Shown: positions 21,474 through 31,424, numbered from the stretch's first letter. The stretch is DNA of 64,000 nucleotides from Pseudomonadota bacterium (GCA_043797085.1 JAZDQA010000006.1:96001-160000); one strand, 5' to 3'. Notes: generated by a model from the letters alone, not told the origin. A program made the numbers and translations.

Positions 21474-22465
21474 TGATACTAGCCGGCGATATAGGGGGGA
21501 CAAAAACGATTTTAGCCCTCTTTGAGATTTATGAAAATATCTTAACACTCCACTCCAAACATCAGTTTGCAAGTAAAGATTACGATAGTTTTAACGATGT
21601 ACTGTTGGAATTTATCCGATTAAATACCAATCCTGCGATTGACGCGGCGTGTTTTGGCATAGCAGGACCGATTATCGATGAAAAATGTCACACCACTAAT
21701 CTCCCATGGGAAATCGCAGCAACAGATCTTAGAGCGCTCCTTAACACCCCTCATGTTCGTCTTTTAAATGATCTTGAAACCACTGCCTATGGGATGCTCT
21801 ATCTCAACGAAGATGAATTTGTCGATCTAAACCCTGATGCGCCTGTATCCCATGGCAATTATGCTGTTATCGCTGCGGGTACAGGTTTAGGTGAGGCAAT
21901 GCTCTTTTTTGACGGAACATCCTATCATCCCAGTGGTTCAGAGGGAGGACATTGTGACTTTGCCCCTTTAACCTCGCAGCAAGATTCCCTTTTGCAGTGG
22001 TTGAGACAGCGCTTCAACGATCATGTAAGCTATGAGCGTATTTTGTCCGGTCCGGGGATTGCAACCTTGTACGATTTTTTACTCGAAAGTAATTTTGCCC
22101 CTCCTCCCCATCAGATGACCAATCTAAGCGAAACGGATGATCGAAGCGCCCATATCAGTCAATGCGCACTCGAGCACCATGATCCGCTGTGCATCGAAAC
22201 ACTTCGTTTATTTACCGAAATATACGCGGCAGAAGCTGGAAATTTAGCCCTAAAATCAATGTCGCTTGGAGGAGTTTATATCGGTGGAGGCATCGCCCCT
22301 AAAATTTTGCCTTTTATTCAAAGTGACATCTTTATGAACGCCTTTACAGCAAAAGGACGATTTGAACCGATGCTGCGAAAGATGAAAGTCAGGGTTTCTT
22401 TAAATCCCGAAACAGCCCTTTTGGGTGCTGCTCATTTTGCACAAGATTGTAAGTTTCCATTATAG
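21470..22465 (+). CDS. glk: glucokinase
   Basis: GDIGGT, LLND, GTGLGEA, SEGGH, GGVYIGGGI. Confidence 0.94.
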   Translation: MMILAGDIGGTKTILALFEIYENILTLHSKHQFASKDYDSFNDVLLEFIRLNTNPAIDAACFGIAGPIIDEKCHTTNLPWEIAATDLRALLNTPHVRLLNDLETTAYGMLYLNEDEFVDLNPDAPVSHGNYAVIAAGTGLGEAMLFFDGTSYHPSGSEGGHCDFAPLTSQQDSLLQWLRQRFNDHVSYERILSGPGIATLYDFLLESNFAPPPHQMTNLSETDDRSAHISQCALEHHDPLCIETLRLFTEIYAAEAGNLALKSMSLGGVYIGGGIAPKILPFIQSDIFMNAFTAKGRFEPMLRKMKVRVSLNPETALLGAAHFAQDCKFPL

Positions 22466-22594
22466 ATCAAATTGAGCTTATTCTCATACAGAAGTCTCAG
22501 TTCTTCTTCGGATTTTTCCAATACATGAAGTTGTGAGCATAGCAGAAAATGTTAGGCTCAACGACTGGAGGAAGGTAAAAGATAGCCCTTTGTG

Positions 22595-23173
22595 TTAATC
22601 AAAATTTTTAATTAGCATTCTCTCTTCTTCCAATGTAAGGTAACGCCACTGACCGATTTCAATGTCGAGTTTAAAACTGCCAATACTGATTCGGTTCAAG
22701 TCTAAGACCTTTAATGGCGTCCCAAATTTCGGGTCTTTCAGCGCCCCAAAAAGCCGACGGATATGCCGATTCTTTCCCTCGTCAATTACAACCTTGAGTT
22801 TTGTTTTCGCGCCACCAATGCTTATCTTTTCGACTTCAAGAGCTTTTAGTAGACCGTGTGGGCTTTGGACGCCTTTCAAAGACTGCGCAATATGGTCGTC
22901 TGTTACGTGGCCTCTGACCCAAATCTCGTATACCTTAATACAATTCCCAGGTTTGGTCAATGCATCGCCGATTTTACCGTTAGTTGTGAATAATAGAAGC
23001 CCTTTAGATTCTAGATCAAGGCGTCCAATTGGCATCCATTCATCATAAAAAACCCAGTCAGGCAAAAGATCATAAACTGTTTTTCGCCCAAGTTCGTCAG
23101 ATCGTGTGACCACGTAACCCTTAGGCTTATTGAGTACTAATAGTTTTTTCGAATAGGGCGTTGTTTGATTCAT
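22595..23173 (-). CDS. pseudouridine synthase (RsuA/RluE-like, no S4 domain)
   Basis: NKPKGYV, IGRLD catalytic motif, EGKNRHIRR. Confidence 0.88.
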   Translation of the reverse strand: MNQTTPYSKKLLVLNKPKGYVVTRSDELGRKTVYDLLPDWVFYDEWMPIGRLDLESKGLLLFTTNGKIGDALTKPGNCIKVYEIWVRGHVTDDHIAQSLKGVQSPHGLLKALEVEKISIGGAKTKLKVVIDEGKNRHIRRLFGALKDPKFGTPLKVLDLNRISIGSFKLDIEIGQWRYLTLEEERMLIKNFD

Positions 23174-23289
23174 TGTGTCTGTCCTTGAGTAGTTGATATT
23201 TTACTGGCTTGACACAGAATTTCTAACGCTCCCATTTTGATTAATACAACTGAGATCATTCAACTCATTTTAGCATTACATCAAAATTA

Positions 23290-24060
23290 TCAAGATCCAA
23301 TAGTGTCATAGCTTTGTGGTGAAATTTTATACCCTATTTTTGAATAGCATTGAATAAAATCTTTTGGCAGTTTTTGTCGTATTCTAAACATCAATGATCG
23401 AAAAGCACCTTCTCCGACTAACTCCCCATCCCAAACAAAATCTTCAATTTGTTCTACGCTAACAACTTTTCCCAAGTATTTTATGAGTAGTTTAAGGAGT
23501 TTTTTTTCTTTATCATTCAAATCGCATTCTTTGCCATTAAGCATTAAAGTAAAATTCTCATTATCATAGATATAGCCATTGTGCAAATTAATCAAACGCA
23601 TCTTCGATTGTTTGTCTATGTCTAGTTTACTTTGAAGAGATATGTTTTCACTCTTGATTTCGATGATTGTTGATGCTAATTTCTTGTTTTCGGTAAATGT
23701 TTTTAATGCAATTTCCACAGCAGTTTTTAATTCAATTTCTTTAAATGGCTTAAGAATATAGCCATAAGGTTTTATATTGATAGCTCGGTCGATGGTCTTA
23801 CTTTTATCATTAGCCGTTAAAAAAACAATGGGGACAGAGAGCATTGCAGATATTTTTTCGGCAACTTCAATCCCATCCTCTCTGTCTTGCAGGGTGATGT
23901 CCATAAGAACAAGATCTGGAATTTTTGTACTTGCAAGATGCAGTGCTTTAGCACTGTTATTGGCGATCCCTACGACTTCGTACCCAAAGTCGATTAATAT
24001 TTCTTTGATATTTAGAGCAATAATACTTTCATCTTCGACAATTAAAATTTTTAGTTTCAT
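23290..24060 (-). CDS. response regulator (receiver + C-terminal winged helix)
   Basis: IVEDE, LMDI, FLTA, KPF; OmpR-like C-terminus (RIRQKL...IGYK). Confidence 0.88.
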   Translation of the reverse strand: MKLKILIVEDESIIALNIKEILIDFGYEVVGIANNSAKALHLASTKIPDLVLMDITLQDREDGIEVAEKISAMLSVPIVFLTANDKSKTIDRAINIKPYGYILKPFKEIELKTAVEIALKTFTENKKLASTIIEIKSENISLQSKLDIDKQSKMRLINLHNGYIYDNENFTLMLNGKECDLNDKEKKLLKLLIKYLGKVVSVEQIEDFVWDGELVGEGAFRSLMFRIRQKLPKDFIQCYSKIGYKISPQSYDTIGS

Positions 24061-25358
24061 AAGTTCCCTTTCTCTTTGGGGATAAAAGTGATGGAGCATT
24101 TAAACCCATCTTGGGAGTCCGTCACTATTTCACCATTTAACTGGAATTCTGTAATGGTGTTGATAAGTTGACAGCCAAGTGAAGTTGATGTTTGGATTTT
24201 TTCATGGTTAATTCCGATTCCATTGTCATTTACACCAAACACAATCGCTCCATCAACTCCATTTTTAATAAATATGGTAATTATCCCGCTATCCAAATCG
24301 ACAAATGCATGTTTAATAGAATTTAAAAAAAGTTCATGAACGATTAAAGCCACTAGAATAGCAGAATCCATCGTCAAAAATATATTTTCAGTATCCAAGA
24401 TTACAGATATTTTTTTAGTTTGAGCATATAAGTCCACCATGGAAGATGATAATCTATCAAGATGAATCTTCATATCGATTGTCGCTAAATCACTATTTTT
24501 GTAAAGCATTTCATGTACAAGAGCTATTGCATAGATACGGCTTTGGCTTTTTGAGAGAGCATCTTTTACTTGCTCATTGGTTTCTCGTCGGTTTTGCATT
24601 TGCAACAGTGAAGAGATTACTTCCAAATTATTTTTGACACGGTGATGGATTTCTTTGATTAGCACTTCTTTGTCTTGCAGAGAATTCTTTAGAGCTTCAT
24701 TTTGTTCAATAATCATCCTTCGTCTTTCTTTTTGTTCGGTAATATCTCGACCAAATGAGCAAATAAATTCTTTTGATCCATCGCAAAAATAACTTGCAGT
24801 AACCGAAGCTGGAAAAACACTCCCGTCCTTTCGAGTTTGCTGGCTTTCAAAGCAGATGTATTGTTTTTCTTTGATTTGTGCTAAAAAATCTTGAGTATTT
24901 TTGGTGTAGTCGGGATCAATATCGCTTAACTTCATATTTAACAATTCATCTTTACTGTATCCAAGCATGAGACATGCAGCATCATTTACGTAAAAAAAAC
25001 GTGTATCAAATGTAAACCAATAAATCGCATCTGCACTGTTATCGAGGGCAAAGTTAAATAACTGAAGATTCTCTTTTTCTTGACGCTGATATTCTGCAAG
25101 CTTGATTAATGCCTCTTCAGCAATTCGGGCAGTACGTCTAAGTAAAAAATATATAAAAATGGCTGACAGTACAAAAAATACGACACCAACGAGAAATGGC
25201 AGTCCGAAGTTATTGTTTCCAGAATGAATCATATTGATAGAAGCTCTGTCTACAACAGCAACGCCAATCACTCCGACAATGGCAAACACTACTGCTTGTA
25301 TCTTTGCTCTATTTACAGTTGACATTTTTAAAAATGAACGCTGAATTTTATCTATCAA
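24057..25358 (-). CDS. membrane PAS-domain histidine kinase (HisKA_2 type)
   Basis: Two TM helices, PAS (RKDGSVFP), EIHHRVKNNL H-box, ELFLNSIKHAF, DNGIG. Confidence 0.88.
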   Translation of the reverse strand: MIDKIQRSFLKMSTVNRAKIQAVVFAIVGVIGVAVVDRASINMIHSGNNNFGLPFLVGVVFFVLSAIFIYFLLRRTARIAEEALIKLAEYQRQEKENLQLFNFALDNSADAIYWFTFDTRFFYVNDAACLMLGYSKDELLNMKLSDIDPDYTKNTQDFLAQIKEKQYICFESQQTRKDGSVFPASVTASYFCDGSKEFICSFGRDITEQKERRRMIIEQNEALKNSLQDKEVLIKEIHHRVKNNLEVISSLLQMQNRRETNEQVKDALSKSQSRIYAIALVHEMLYKNSDLATIDMKIHLDRLSSSMVDLYAQTKKISVILDTENIFLTMDSAILVALIVHELFLNSIKHAFVDLDSGIITIFIKNGVDGAIVFGVNDNGIGINHEKIQTSTSLGCQLINTITEFQLNGEIVTDSQDGFKCSITFIPKEKGNL

Positions 25359-25477
25359 TTAAATTCCTTAGATCTTTAATCAATTTGTACACTTAAATTA
25401 CATTATTTTACCTTATACGCGCAATGAATAGCTATTTTAGTAATGTTTATATTTAATTCATGGATGAAATATCCATA

Positions 25478-25510
25478 TGCGAGTTTTATGCGAGTTTTTT
25501 GCTTTATATT
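25478..25510 (+). promoter_or_regulatory. tandem direct-repeat operator (TGCGAGTTTT x2, 11-bp period) plus -10 TATATT upstream of pchC
   Basis: Repeats at 25478 and 25489, TATATT at 25505; the same arrangement recurs at 29915. Confidence 0.65.
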
Positions 25511-25541
25511 TACTGTGTTCAAAGTTAATCAAGGAGGTTAC

Positions 25542-25868
25542 ATGAAAAAGTTGGCTTTAGGTCTACTCTTAGTTACGTCTTCCATTTATGCGGTGGAATT
25601 AGGTAAGAATTTTAAATTCGAGAATGGTGAACATGCTTATAAAAGCGTTTGTTTTCACTGTCATACACTCAAAACTGCTCCACAGTCTATTTTCATAAAA
25701 ATGGATGATGATGCAAGTATTAAAGCACGCGCTGAGGGAATTTTTCAAACGGTTCGGCATGGCAGTAATCAAATGCCTGCTTTTAGAAAATCAGAAATAG
25801 ATGATGTTGTATTGAAAGATTTGGCAACCAAATTAGCCAATGGCACAATCACTTTTACTGAAAAATAG
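25542..25868 (+). CDS. pchC: monoheme cytochrome c, p-cresol methylhydroxylase cytochrome subunit
   Basis: AGGAGG RBS, Sec signal peptide, CFHCH, VRHG..QMPAFRKSEIDD; upstream of pchF. Confidence 0.8.
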   Translation: MKKLALGLLLVTSSIYAVELGKNFKFENGEHAYKSVCFHCHTLKTAPQSIFIKMDDDASIKARAEGIFQTVRHGSNQMPAFRKSEIDDVVLKDLATKLANGTITFTEK

Positions 25869-25878
25869 GAGGCATATT

Positions 25879-26457
25879 GTGATTAGAAGAAATTTTCTCA
25901 AAAGTTCTGCAGTGGCAGTAGCAACCGCTGCTTTATATTCACCCTTGTCTGCTGCCGGATTTAGTGATAGTGCTAATCAAAAAAAGATAGCTATCGTATC
26001 CGAATCAGCCGGTGAAACCGGATACATTCACGCATTGGCAAAAAATAATAAAATGGATGACGTCATTATCCTAGGTTCCGACCGATTGAAAAACCTGCAT
26101 ACGCTGTCAGATGTGCTGGAAAAAAACAAGGGTGCATTGATCTGTGGTCTATTAGAAAACAGCGATTATGCACTTTTAAACCATGCGGCACTATCAAACG
26201 GGGCGAAATTTGTTTCTGAAACGGCACATACTCCATCCAATGCAGGAATTTCCCACACGGAAAATTCGTTCGCGAGTATGTCACTCAAAAAAGCGTTTGA
26301 TCAATTTTCTTCACTTAATACTGACCAATACGGTATCGCTCTTTCATCGTATCACACAACCGGAGCACACAATACTGTAGCTACATCAAAGCAAGTTGAT
26401 TTTGTATCCGATCACACATCGAAAAATGCGTTTGTATCTTTCGTATTAAAAGCATAA
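25879..26457 (+). CDS. Tat-signal accessory protein (PchX-like position)
   Basis: AGGAGG RBS, GTG start, RRNFLK twin-arginine motif; lies between cytochrome and flavoprotein genes as pchX does. Confidence 0.65.
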   Translation: MIRRNFLKSSAVAVATAALYSPLSAAGFSDSANQKKIAIVSESAGETGYIHALAKNNKMDDVIILGSDRLKNLHTLSDVLEKNKGALICGLLENSDYALLNHAALSNGAKFVSETAHTPSNAGISHTENSFASMSLKKAFDQFSSLNTDQYGIALSSYHTTGAHNTVATSKQVDFVSDHTSKNAFVSFVLKA

Positions 26458-26469
26458 AAGGAATATCAA

Positions 26470-28017
26470 ATGGCTAAAAAACTGACTGCAATGCCTAAAA
26501 ATGTTTCATTGGAAACAATGAATAAGGCAATTAAAGAGTTCATAAAAATCTTGGGTGAGGAAAACGTCCTTATCGGTGATGAGGAGATTACTCCGTATAA
26601 AAAGATTATGATGGCAGTACCAATCGAAAAGCATATGCCCTCCCTTGCACTACAAGCATCTACAAAAGAAGAAGTTGTTGCTATCGTGAAAGTATGTAAC
26701 AAATACGTCATACCAATTTGGACATTTTCAACCGGTAAAAATATGGGGTACGGTACGGCAGCACCAGCTCAAAAAGGGACAGTAATTCTTGACCTTCACA
26801 AAATGAATAAAATCATCGAAGTGAATGACAAACTTTGTTACGCTGTACTTGAACCGGGTGTTACGTATCAGCAATTGTTCGACTATATCCATGAGCGCGG
26901 TCTTAAATTATGGCTCTCTTGCCCAGCCCCAAGTGCGATTGCAAGTCCTGTCGGTAACACTATGGACCGTGGTGTAGGTTACACACCCTATGGTGAGCAC
27001 TTCATGATGCAATGCGGTATGGAAATCGTTCTTGCCGATGGTTCATCCTTCAAAACTGGTATGGGTGGAGTCAAAGGTTCTACCAGTTCAGCCGTATTCA
27101 AATGGGGATACGGACCGTCTTTGGATGGTATCTTCACCCAAAGCAACTACGGTATTTGTGTACAAATGGGTATGTGGCTTATGCCGGAACCGCCAGCATT
27201 TAAACCTTTTTGTATCACATTGGATACAGTTGAAGAAGTTGAAAAAATCGTTGAAGTACTTCGTCCGTTGCGTATCGCGAATATCATTCCGAACGCATTT
27301 ACGATTGCAAGTACACTCTATGAAGCGGCAGGCGTAGTTAAACGTTCAGACTATGTTGATGGAAATCGATCCATCACAGAGGCTGAAATCGAAAATATCA
27401 AAAAAGATACCGGAATGGGTACATGGAATGTTTATGCTGCCTTGTACGGAACGGAAGAAGGAAATGCACTAAACTGGAACATTATCCAGGCAGTTGTCAA
27501 TGCGAACTTTACAAAGCATAAATTCTTGACTGCTAAAGAGATGGGTAATGACCCGGTATTTAAATATCGCGCAGACTTGATGAGAGGTTACATGACCCTT
27601 CAAGAATTTGGTCTCTACAACTGGAGAGGCGGCGGAGGAAGTATGTGGTTCGCACCGGTTTCTCCTGCAGAAGGAAAACATACCCTGAATCAATCAGCAT
27701 TGGCGAAAAAGATTTTGAACAAATATGGATTTGACTATGTTGCTGAGTTCATCGTCGGATGGCGCGATATGCACCACATCATTGACTTGCTCTATAACCG
27801 AAACGATCCGGAAGAGATGCAACGTGCACATGATTGTTACAAAGAACTTGTACTTGAATTTGCAGCACAAGGATATGGTGTTTATCGCACGAGCAGCGGA
27901 TTTATGGATCTTGTTGCGGAAACGTATGGTCCTGAAATTCGCAGCGTATTCCAAAAAATCAAACGAGCACTTGACCCTAAAGGGATCTTGGCTCCTGGTA
28001 AATCAGGGATTTATTAA
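26470..28017 (+). CDS. pchF: p-cresol methylhydroxylase flavoprotein subunit (VAO/PCMH family)
   Basis: STGKNMGYG, APSAIA..GNTMDRGVGYTPYGEH, LQEFGLYNWRGGGGSMWFAPV (Tyr for covalent FAD), LAPGKSGI. Confidence 0.92.
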   Translation: MAKKLTAMPKNVSLETMNKAIKEFIKILGEENVLIGDEEITPYKKIMMAVPIEKHMPSLALQASTKEEVVAIVKVCNKYVIPIWTFSTGKNMGYGTAAPAQKGTVILDLHKMNKIIEVNDKLCYAVLEPGVTYQQLFDYIHERGLKLWLSCPAPSAIASPVGNTMDRGVGYTPYGEHFMMQCGMEIVLADGSSFKTGMGGVKGSTSSAVFKWGYGPSLDGIFTQSNYGICVQMGMWLMPEPPAFKPFCITLDTVEEVEKIVEVLRPLRIANIIPNAFTIASTLYEAAGVVKRSDYVDGNRSITEAEIENIKKDTGMGTWNVYAALYGTEEGNALNWNIIQAVVNANFTKHKFLTAKEMGNDPVFKYRADLMRGYMTLQEFGLYNWRGGGGSMWFAPVSPAEGKHTLNQSALAKKILNKYGFDYVAEFIVGWRDMHHIIDLLYNRNDPEEMQRAHDCYKELVLEFAAQGYGVYRTSSGFMDLVAETYGPEIRSVFQKIKRALDPKGILAPGKSGIY

Positions 28018-29480
28018 TGAAAGCCCGTTTGAGTTTCGTAGGAGCTGCGCTCCTCATTAGTTCTACATCGTTTGCTGCTGATACACTTTCGACGGCAATC
28101 AGTGAGGGTAAATTTACCGGAGGTGTAAGAGCACTTTACACAAATGTTAATTTCGAAAACGGCGGTGCTTTTGAAGACCGTTATGCAATCGGAACAGGAC
28201 TCAGACTTTCCTATGAGACAGCTCCGTTGTATGGTATTGCAGCAAAAGTTTCTATGTTTTCGGCAAGCGGCATGGGTTTGAATTCAAGCAATGCCAATAA
28301 AGTTGATTCGGTTTATTTTGAAAACAAACAAGTAGTCGGAACGAATACCAATAGTGTTTACGGAACAAGTGCCGACAGCTATGCTGTTTTAGGCGAAGCG
28401 TATCTCAAAGCTGCTTTCGGTAAAACATTTATTCAAGTGGGTCGAATGCAAATTGATGCTCCCTTTGCATCATCACATGATATTTACTTGGTGCCCAATA
28501 CGTTTGAAGCGGCTCAAATTGTCAATGTCAATATTCCAAATACTACATTGGTACTCGCCCATGCATCTAAGATGAGCGGTCCGGATATGGTTCAAAGCAA
28601 TAGCTTCGCAGGCTCAACGCCAGGTATCAAAGCGTCTGATTTTGTGAGTATCTCCAGAGCCTCAGCCTTCCAAGGGCTAGCGGATGGCGATGGGAAACTG
28701 AATACCGAGAAAGACACGATCGGTGCTACGGTAGCCGGAGGGATTTACACCGGATTTGAAGGACTTGTTCTTCAAGCATGGTACACCCGAGTATGGGATA
28801 TTATGGATATGCCTCATTTACAAATCGATTACAACACCAAAGTGGGTGATATCGGAGTATTCGCCGGTGCACAATGGGCAACACAAAGTGCTATCGGCGG
28901 CACGAAAGAGACGTTGGATAAACATATCGATCCGGGTCTGATTGCGCTTAACATCAAAAATATCGATGCAGAGCATACCGAAGCAAAAATCGGTGGTTCG
29001 TATAAAGGGGCTACGGCTACTTTGGCCTATGCTAACACTAAAGGGGAAGATGAAAATGCTGCACGCGGCGGATTTGTTTCTCCTGTTGGCGGAAATCCTT
29101 CTTGGGTTCGTACCCGTTATCAGTCGCCCCATTTCGGATATACAGATACGTCGTGTTATACGGGCGGAACGAAGGCATACTCGATCGGTGCAGAATACGA
29201 TTTTGGTTATACGGGGATCAGCGGTTTGAAGGGTGAAGTGAAATACCTTAACTTCAATAGAGATGAAAAATATTCATCATCACCGGGATTACTATATTAT
29301 AAATCAAATGCGTATGATGACACTGCAGCGCTTGAGGCTTCTCTTGATTATAAATCACTTTTCGGGATGAAAGGACTTGATGGCGGGGTAACACTCTTAT
29401 CCGTTGATAACAAAGATGCAGCAGGCAAAGCATCTACAGATCATACTGATTTACGCGTTGCCGTAAATTTAGCGTTCTAA
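28017..29480 (+). CDS. OprD-family / Campylobacterota outer-membrane porin
   Basis: Signal peptide, LGEAYL, GRMQIDAPF, PNTFEA, terminal Phe. Confidence 0.8.
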   Translation: MKARLSFVGAALLISSTSFAADTLSTAISEGKFTGGVRALYTNVNFENGGAFEDRYAIGTGLRLSYETAPLYGIAAKVSMFSASGMGLNSSNANKVDSVYFENKQVVGTNTNSVYGTSADSYAVLGEAYLKAAFGKTFIQVGRMQIDAPFASSHDIYLVPNTFEAAQIVNVNIPNTTLVLAHASKMSGPDMVQSNSFAGSTPGIKASDFVSISRASAFQGLADGDGKLNTEKDTIGATVAGGIYTGFEGLVLQAWYTRVWDIMDMPHLQIDYNTKVGDIGVFAGAQWATQSAIGGTKETLDKHIDPGLIALNIKNIDAEHTEAKIGGSYKGATATLAYANTKGEDENAARGGFVSPVGGNPSWVRTRYQSPHFGYTDTSCYTGGTKAYSIGAEYDFGYTGISGLKGEVKYLNFNRDEKYSSSPGLLYYKSNAYDDTAALEASLDYKSLFGMKGLDGGVTLLSVDNKDAAGKASTDHTDLRVAVNLAF

Positions 29481-29493
29481 ATCTCTCATATAA

Positions 29494-29521
29494 AGTAGAG
29501 ACGATATTTATCGTCTCTACT
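29494..29521 (+). terminator. stem-loop after porin gene
   Basis: AGTAGAGACGATA-TT-TATCGTCTCTACT perfect inverted repeat. Confidence 0.65.
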
Positions 29522-29557
29522 CAACTTTTATCCTCTAAAATAGTACCAGGAGAGAGT

Positions 29558-29899
29558 ATGTTACTCATAGAAATATTTACAGATACCATCCTAAACAAAA
29601 AAAATCTCAAAGATTATGTAAAAATACGAAAAGAAAACAATAAACGCGGTGAATTTGATGACGCTTCGCTGATGAGAGCAGAAGAAAACCTTCAACGTCT
29701 CAAAAATGAAAATCCAGAAATTCATGATGCAATGTATGAAACTCTTGCAAAAATATATGAACGTAATATTGGGTTAACACTTGAATACCCCATTGACTTT
29801 ATTCGTCAAATTCTCAAAATGTACAATGGCTCTTTAACCCCATGCCAAGTATATGAAGAGTACCAACGGGTTTTAAACCATTATCATCATAATGCATGA
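29558..29899 (+). CDS. hypothetical protein
   Basis: AGGAG RBS, 113-aa ORF. Confidence 0.7.
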   Translation: MLLIEIFTDTILNKKNLKDYVKIRKENNKRGEFDDASLMRAEENLQRLKNENPEIHDAMYETLAKIYERNIGLTLEYPIDFIRQILKMYNGSLTPCQVYEEYQRVLNHYHHNA

Positions 29900-29914
29900 T
29901 TGAAATTTTACTTT

Positions 29915-29947
29915 TGCGAGTTTTTTGCGAGTTAATTTATTTATGAT
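29915..29947 (+). promoter_or_regulatory. second copy of TGCGAGTT(TT) tandem operator plus -10 TATGAT upstream of aldehyde dehydrogenase
   Basis: Repeats at 29915 and 29926, TATGAT at 29942; identical spacing to the pchC promoter. Confidence 0.65.
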
Positions 29948-29978
29948 GGACAAATAAATTAAGTCAGGAGTGTCGATT

Positions 29979-31424
29979 ATGAAAGAATACGAATTGTTTA
30001 TTAATGGAAAAAATAAACCTTCATCAAATGGAAAAATTATTGATGATATCAATCCATCAACCGGAAAAGTATTTGCCAAAGTTCATATGGCGAGTTTAGA
30101 CGATATCGAAGAAGCGATCAGTTCCGCATACGCAGCATCAAAGCTTTGGGCAAAAACTACTCCGAGAGAAAAAGAAGCTGTACTGCTAAAAGCTGCCGAT
30201 ATTTTTGAAAGTCGCTCCGATGAAATCAAAACAATATTGATGCAAGAAAGCGGTTCTGTTTATGCAAAAGCTATGTTTGAAATTGGTTTGGTTGCCGATA
30301 TTCTACGTGTAGCTGCGGGTGAAGCACGGCGCGTATTCGGTCAAACCTTTACTTCTAACGATCCAGGAGTTCTCTCTTACAGTACACGTCGTCCACTGGG
30401 AGTTATCTCTGGGATCTCTCCTTTTAATGCTCCGATGATTTTAAGTACGAAGAAATTTGCTATGGCTATTGCGGCTGGTAACGCATTTATCTTAAAACCC
30501 TCAAGCCATACGCCAATATGCGGTCTAGTTTTTGGTGAAATTTTTAAAGCAGCAGGACTTCCTGATGGTGTTTTAAATATCATTCCATGCTCAAGCTCTG
30601 TATTGGGAGAAACGTTCCAAACGGATCCTCGTATCTCTATGATTACTCTGACTGGGTCAACACGTGTCGGTAAACTTGTGGCTGCGTCGGCTGCTATGAA
30701 CTTGAAACGATGTACGGTTGAACTTGGAGGAAAGAGTCCGACTATCGTTTTGGGTGACGCTGATATTGATTATGCTGTTAATACCGCTGCGTTTAGTATC
30801 TTCTTGCACCAAGGTCAAATTTGTATGGCGGGATCAAGAATTATTGTAGAAGAAAATATTTATGATGAATTCTGCGAAAAATTTGCGGCTAAAGTTAAAA
30901 CTCTAAAAGTAGGTGATCCAGAAGATCCAACTACGATTATCGGACCGCTTATCGAAGAGGCTCAATGCCATTTTATTGATGGCTTGATCGATGATGCTGT
31001 CGCTAAGGGGGCCAAGCTTCTCTCTGGACGTGAGCATGAAGGGTGTTTTTACAAACCAACCGTTGTTTCAAACGTTACAACAGAGATGCTGATCTTCCAC
31101 GAAGAAGCCTTTGGTCCTGCTGCTGCTATTATCAAAGCACGTGATATTGATCATATTATCGAATTAGCAAATAATAGTACATACGGACTCAGTTCATCAG
31201 TTATTACGAATAATTTAAGTGCAGCTTTGAAACTTTCAGAGGAGATTCACTCAGGAATGGTACATATCAATGGACCAACCATTCAAGATGAAGCACATAT
31301 TCCATTTGGTGGAGTAAAAGAAAGCGGTATGGGTCGTGAAGGTGGTCACTTTGCGATTGAAGAGATGACGGAACTCAAATGGGTTACTGTCGAGCCGGCT
31401 GGGAACAGACATTATCCGTTTTAA
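29979..31424 (+). CDS. aromatic aldehyde dehydrogenase (probable 4-hydroxybenzaldehyde dehydrogenase, PchA-like)
   Basis: SPFN, LTGS, ELGGKSP, HQGQICM (catalytic Cys), EEAFGP; pch context. Confidence 0.85.
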   Translation: MKEYELFINGKNKPSSNGKIIDDINPSTGKVFAKVHMASLDDIEEAISSAYAASKLWAKTTPREKEAVLLKAADIFESRSDEIKTILMQESGSVYAKAMFEIGLVADILRVAAGEARRVFGQTFTSNDPGVLSYSTRRPLGVISGISPFNAPMILSTKKFAMAIAAGNAFILKPSSHTPICGLVFGEIFKAAGLPDGVLNIIPCSSSVLGETFQTDPRISMITLTGSTRVGKLVAASAAMNLKRCTVELGGKSPTIVLGDADIDYAVNTAAFSIFLHQGQICMAGSRIIVEENIYDEFCEKFAAKVKTLKVGDPEDPTTIIGPLIEEAQCHFIDGLIDDAVAKGAKLLSGREHEGCFYKPTVVSNVTTEMLIFHEEAFGPAAAIIKARDIDHIIELANNSTYGLSSSVITNNLSAALKLSEEIHSGMVHINGPTIQDEAHIPFGGVKESGMGREGGHFAIEEMTELKWVTVEPAGNRHYPF

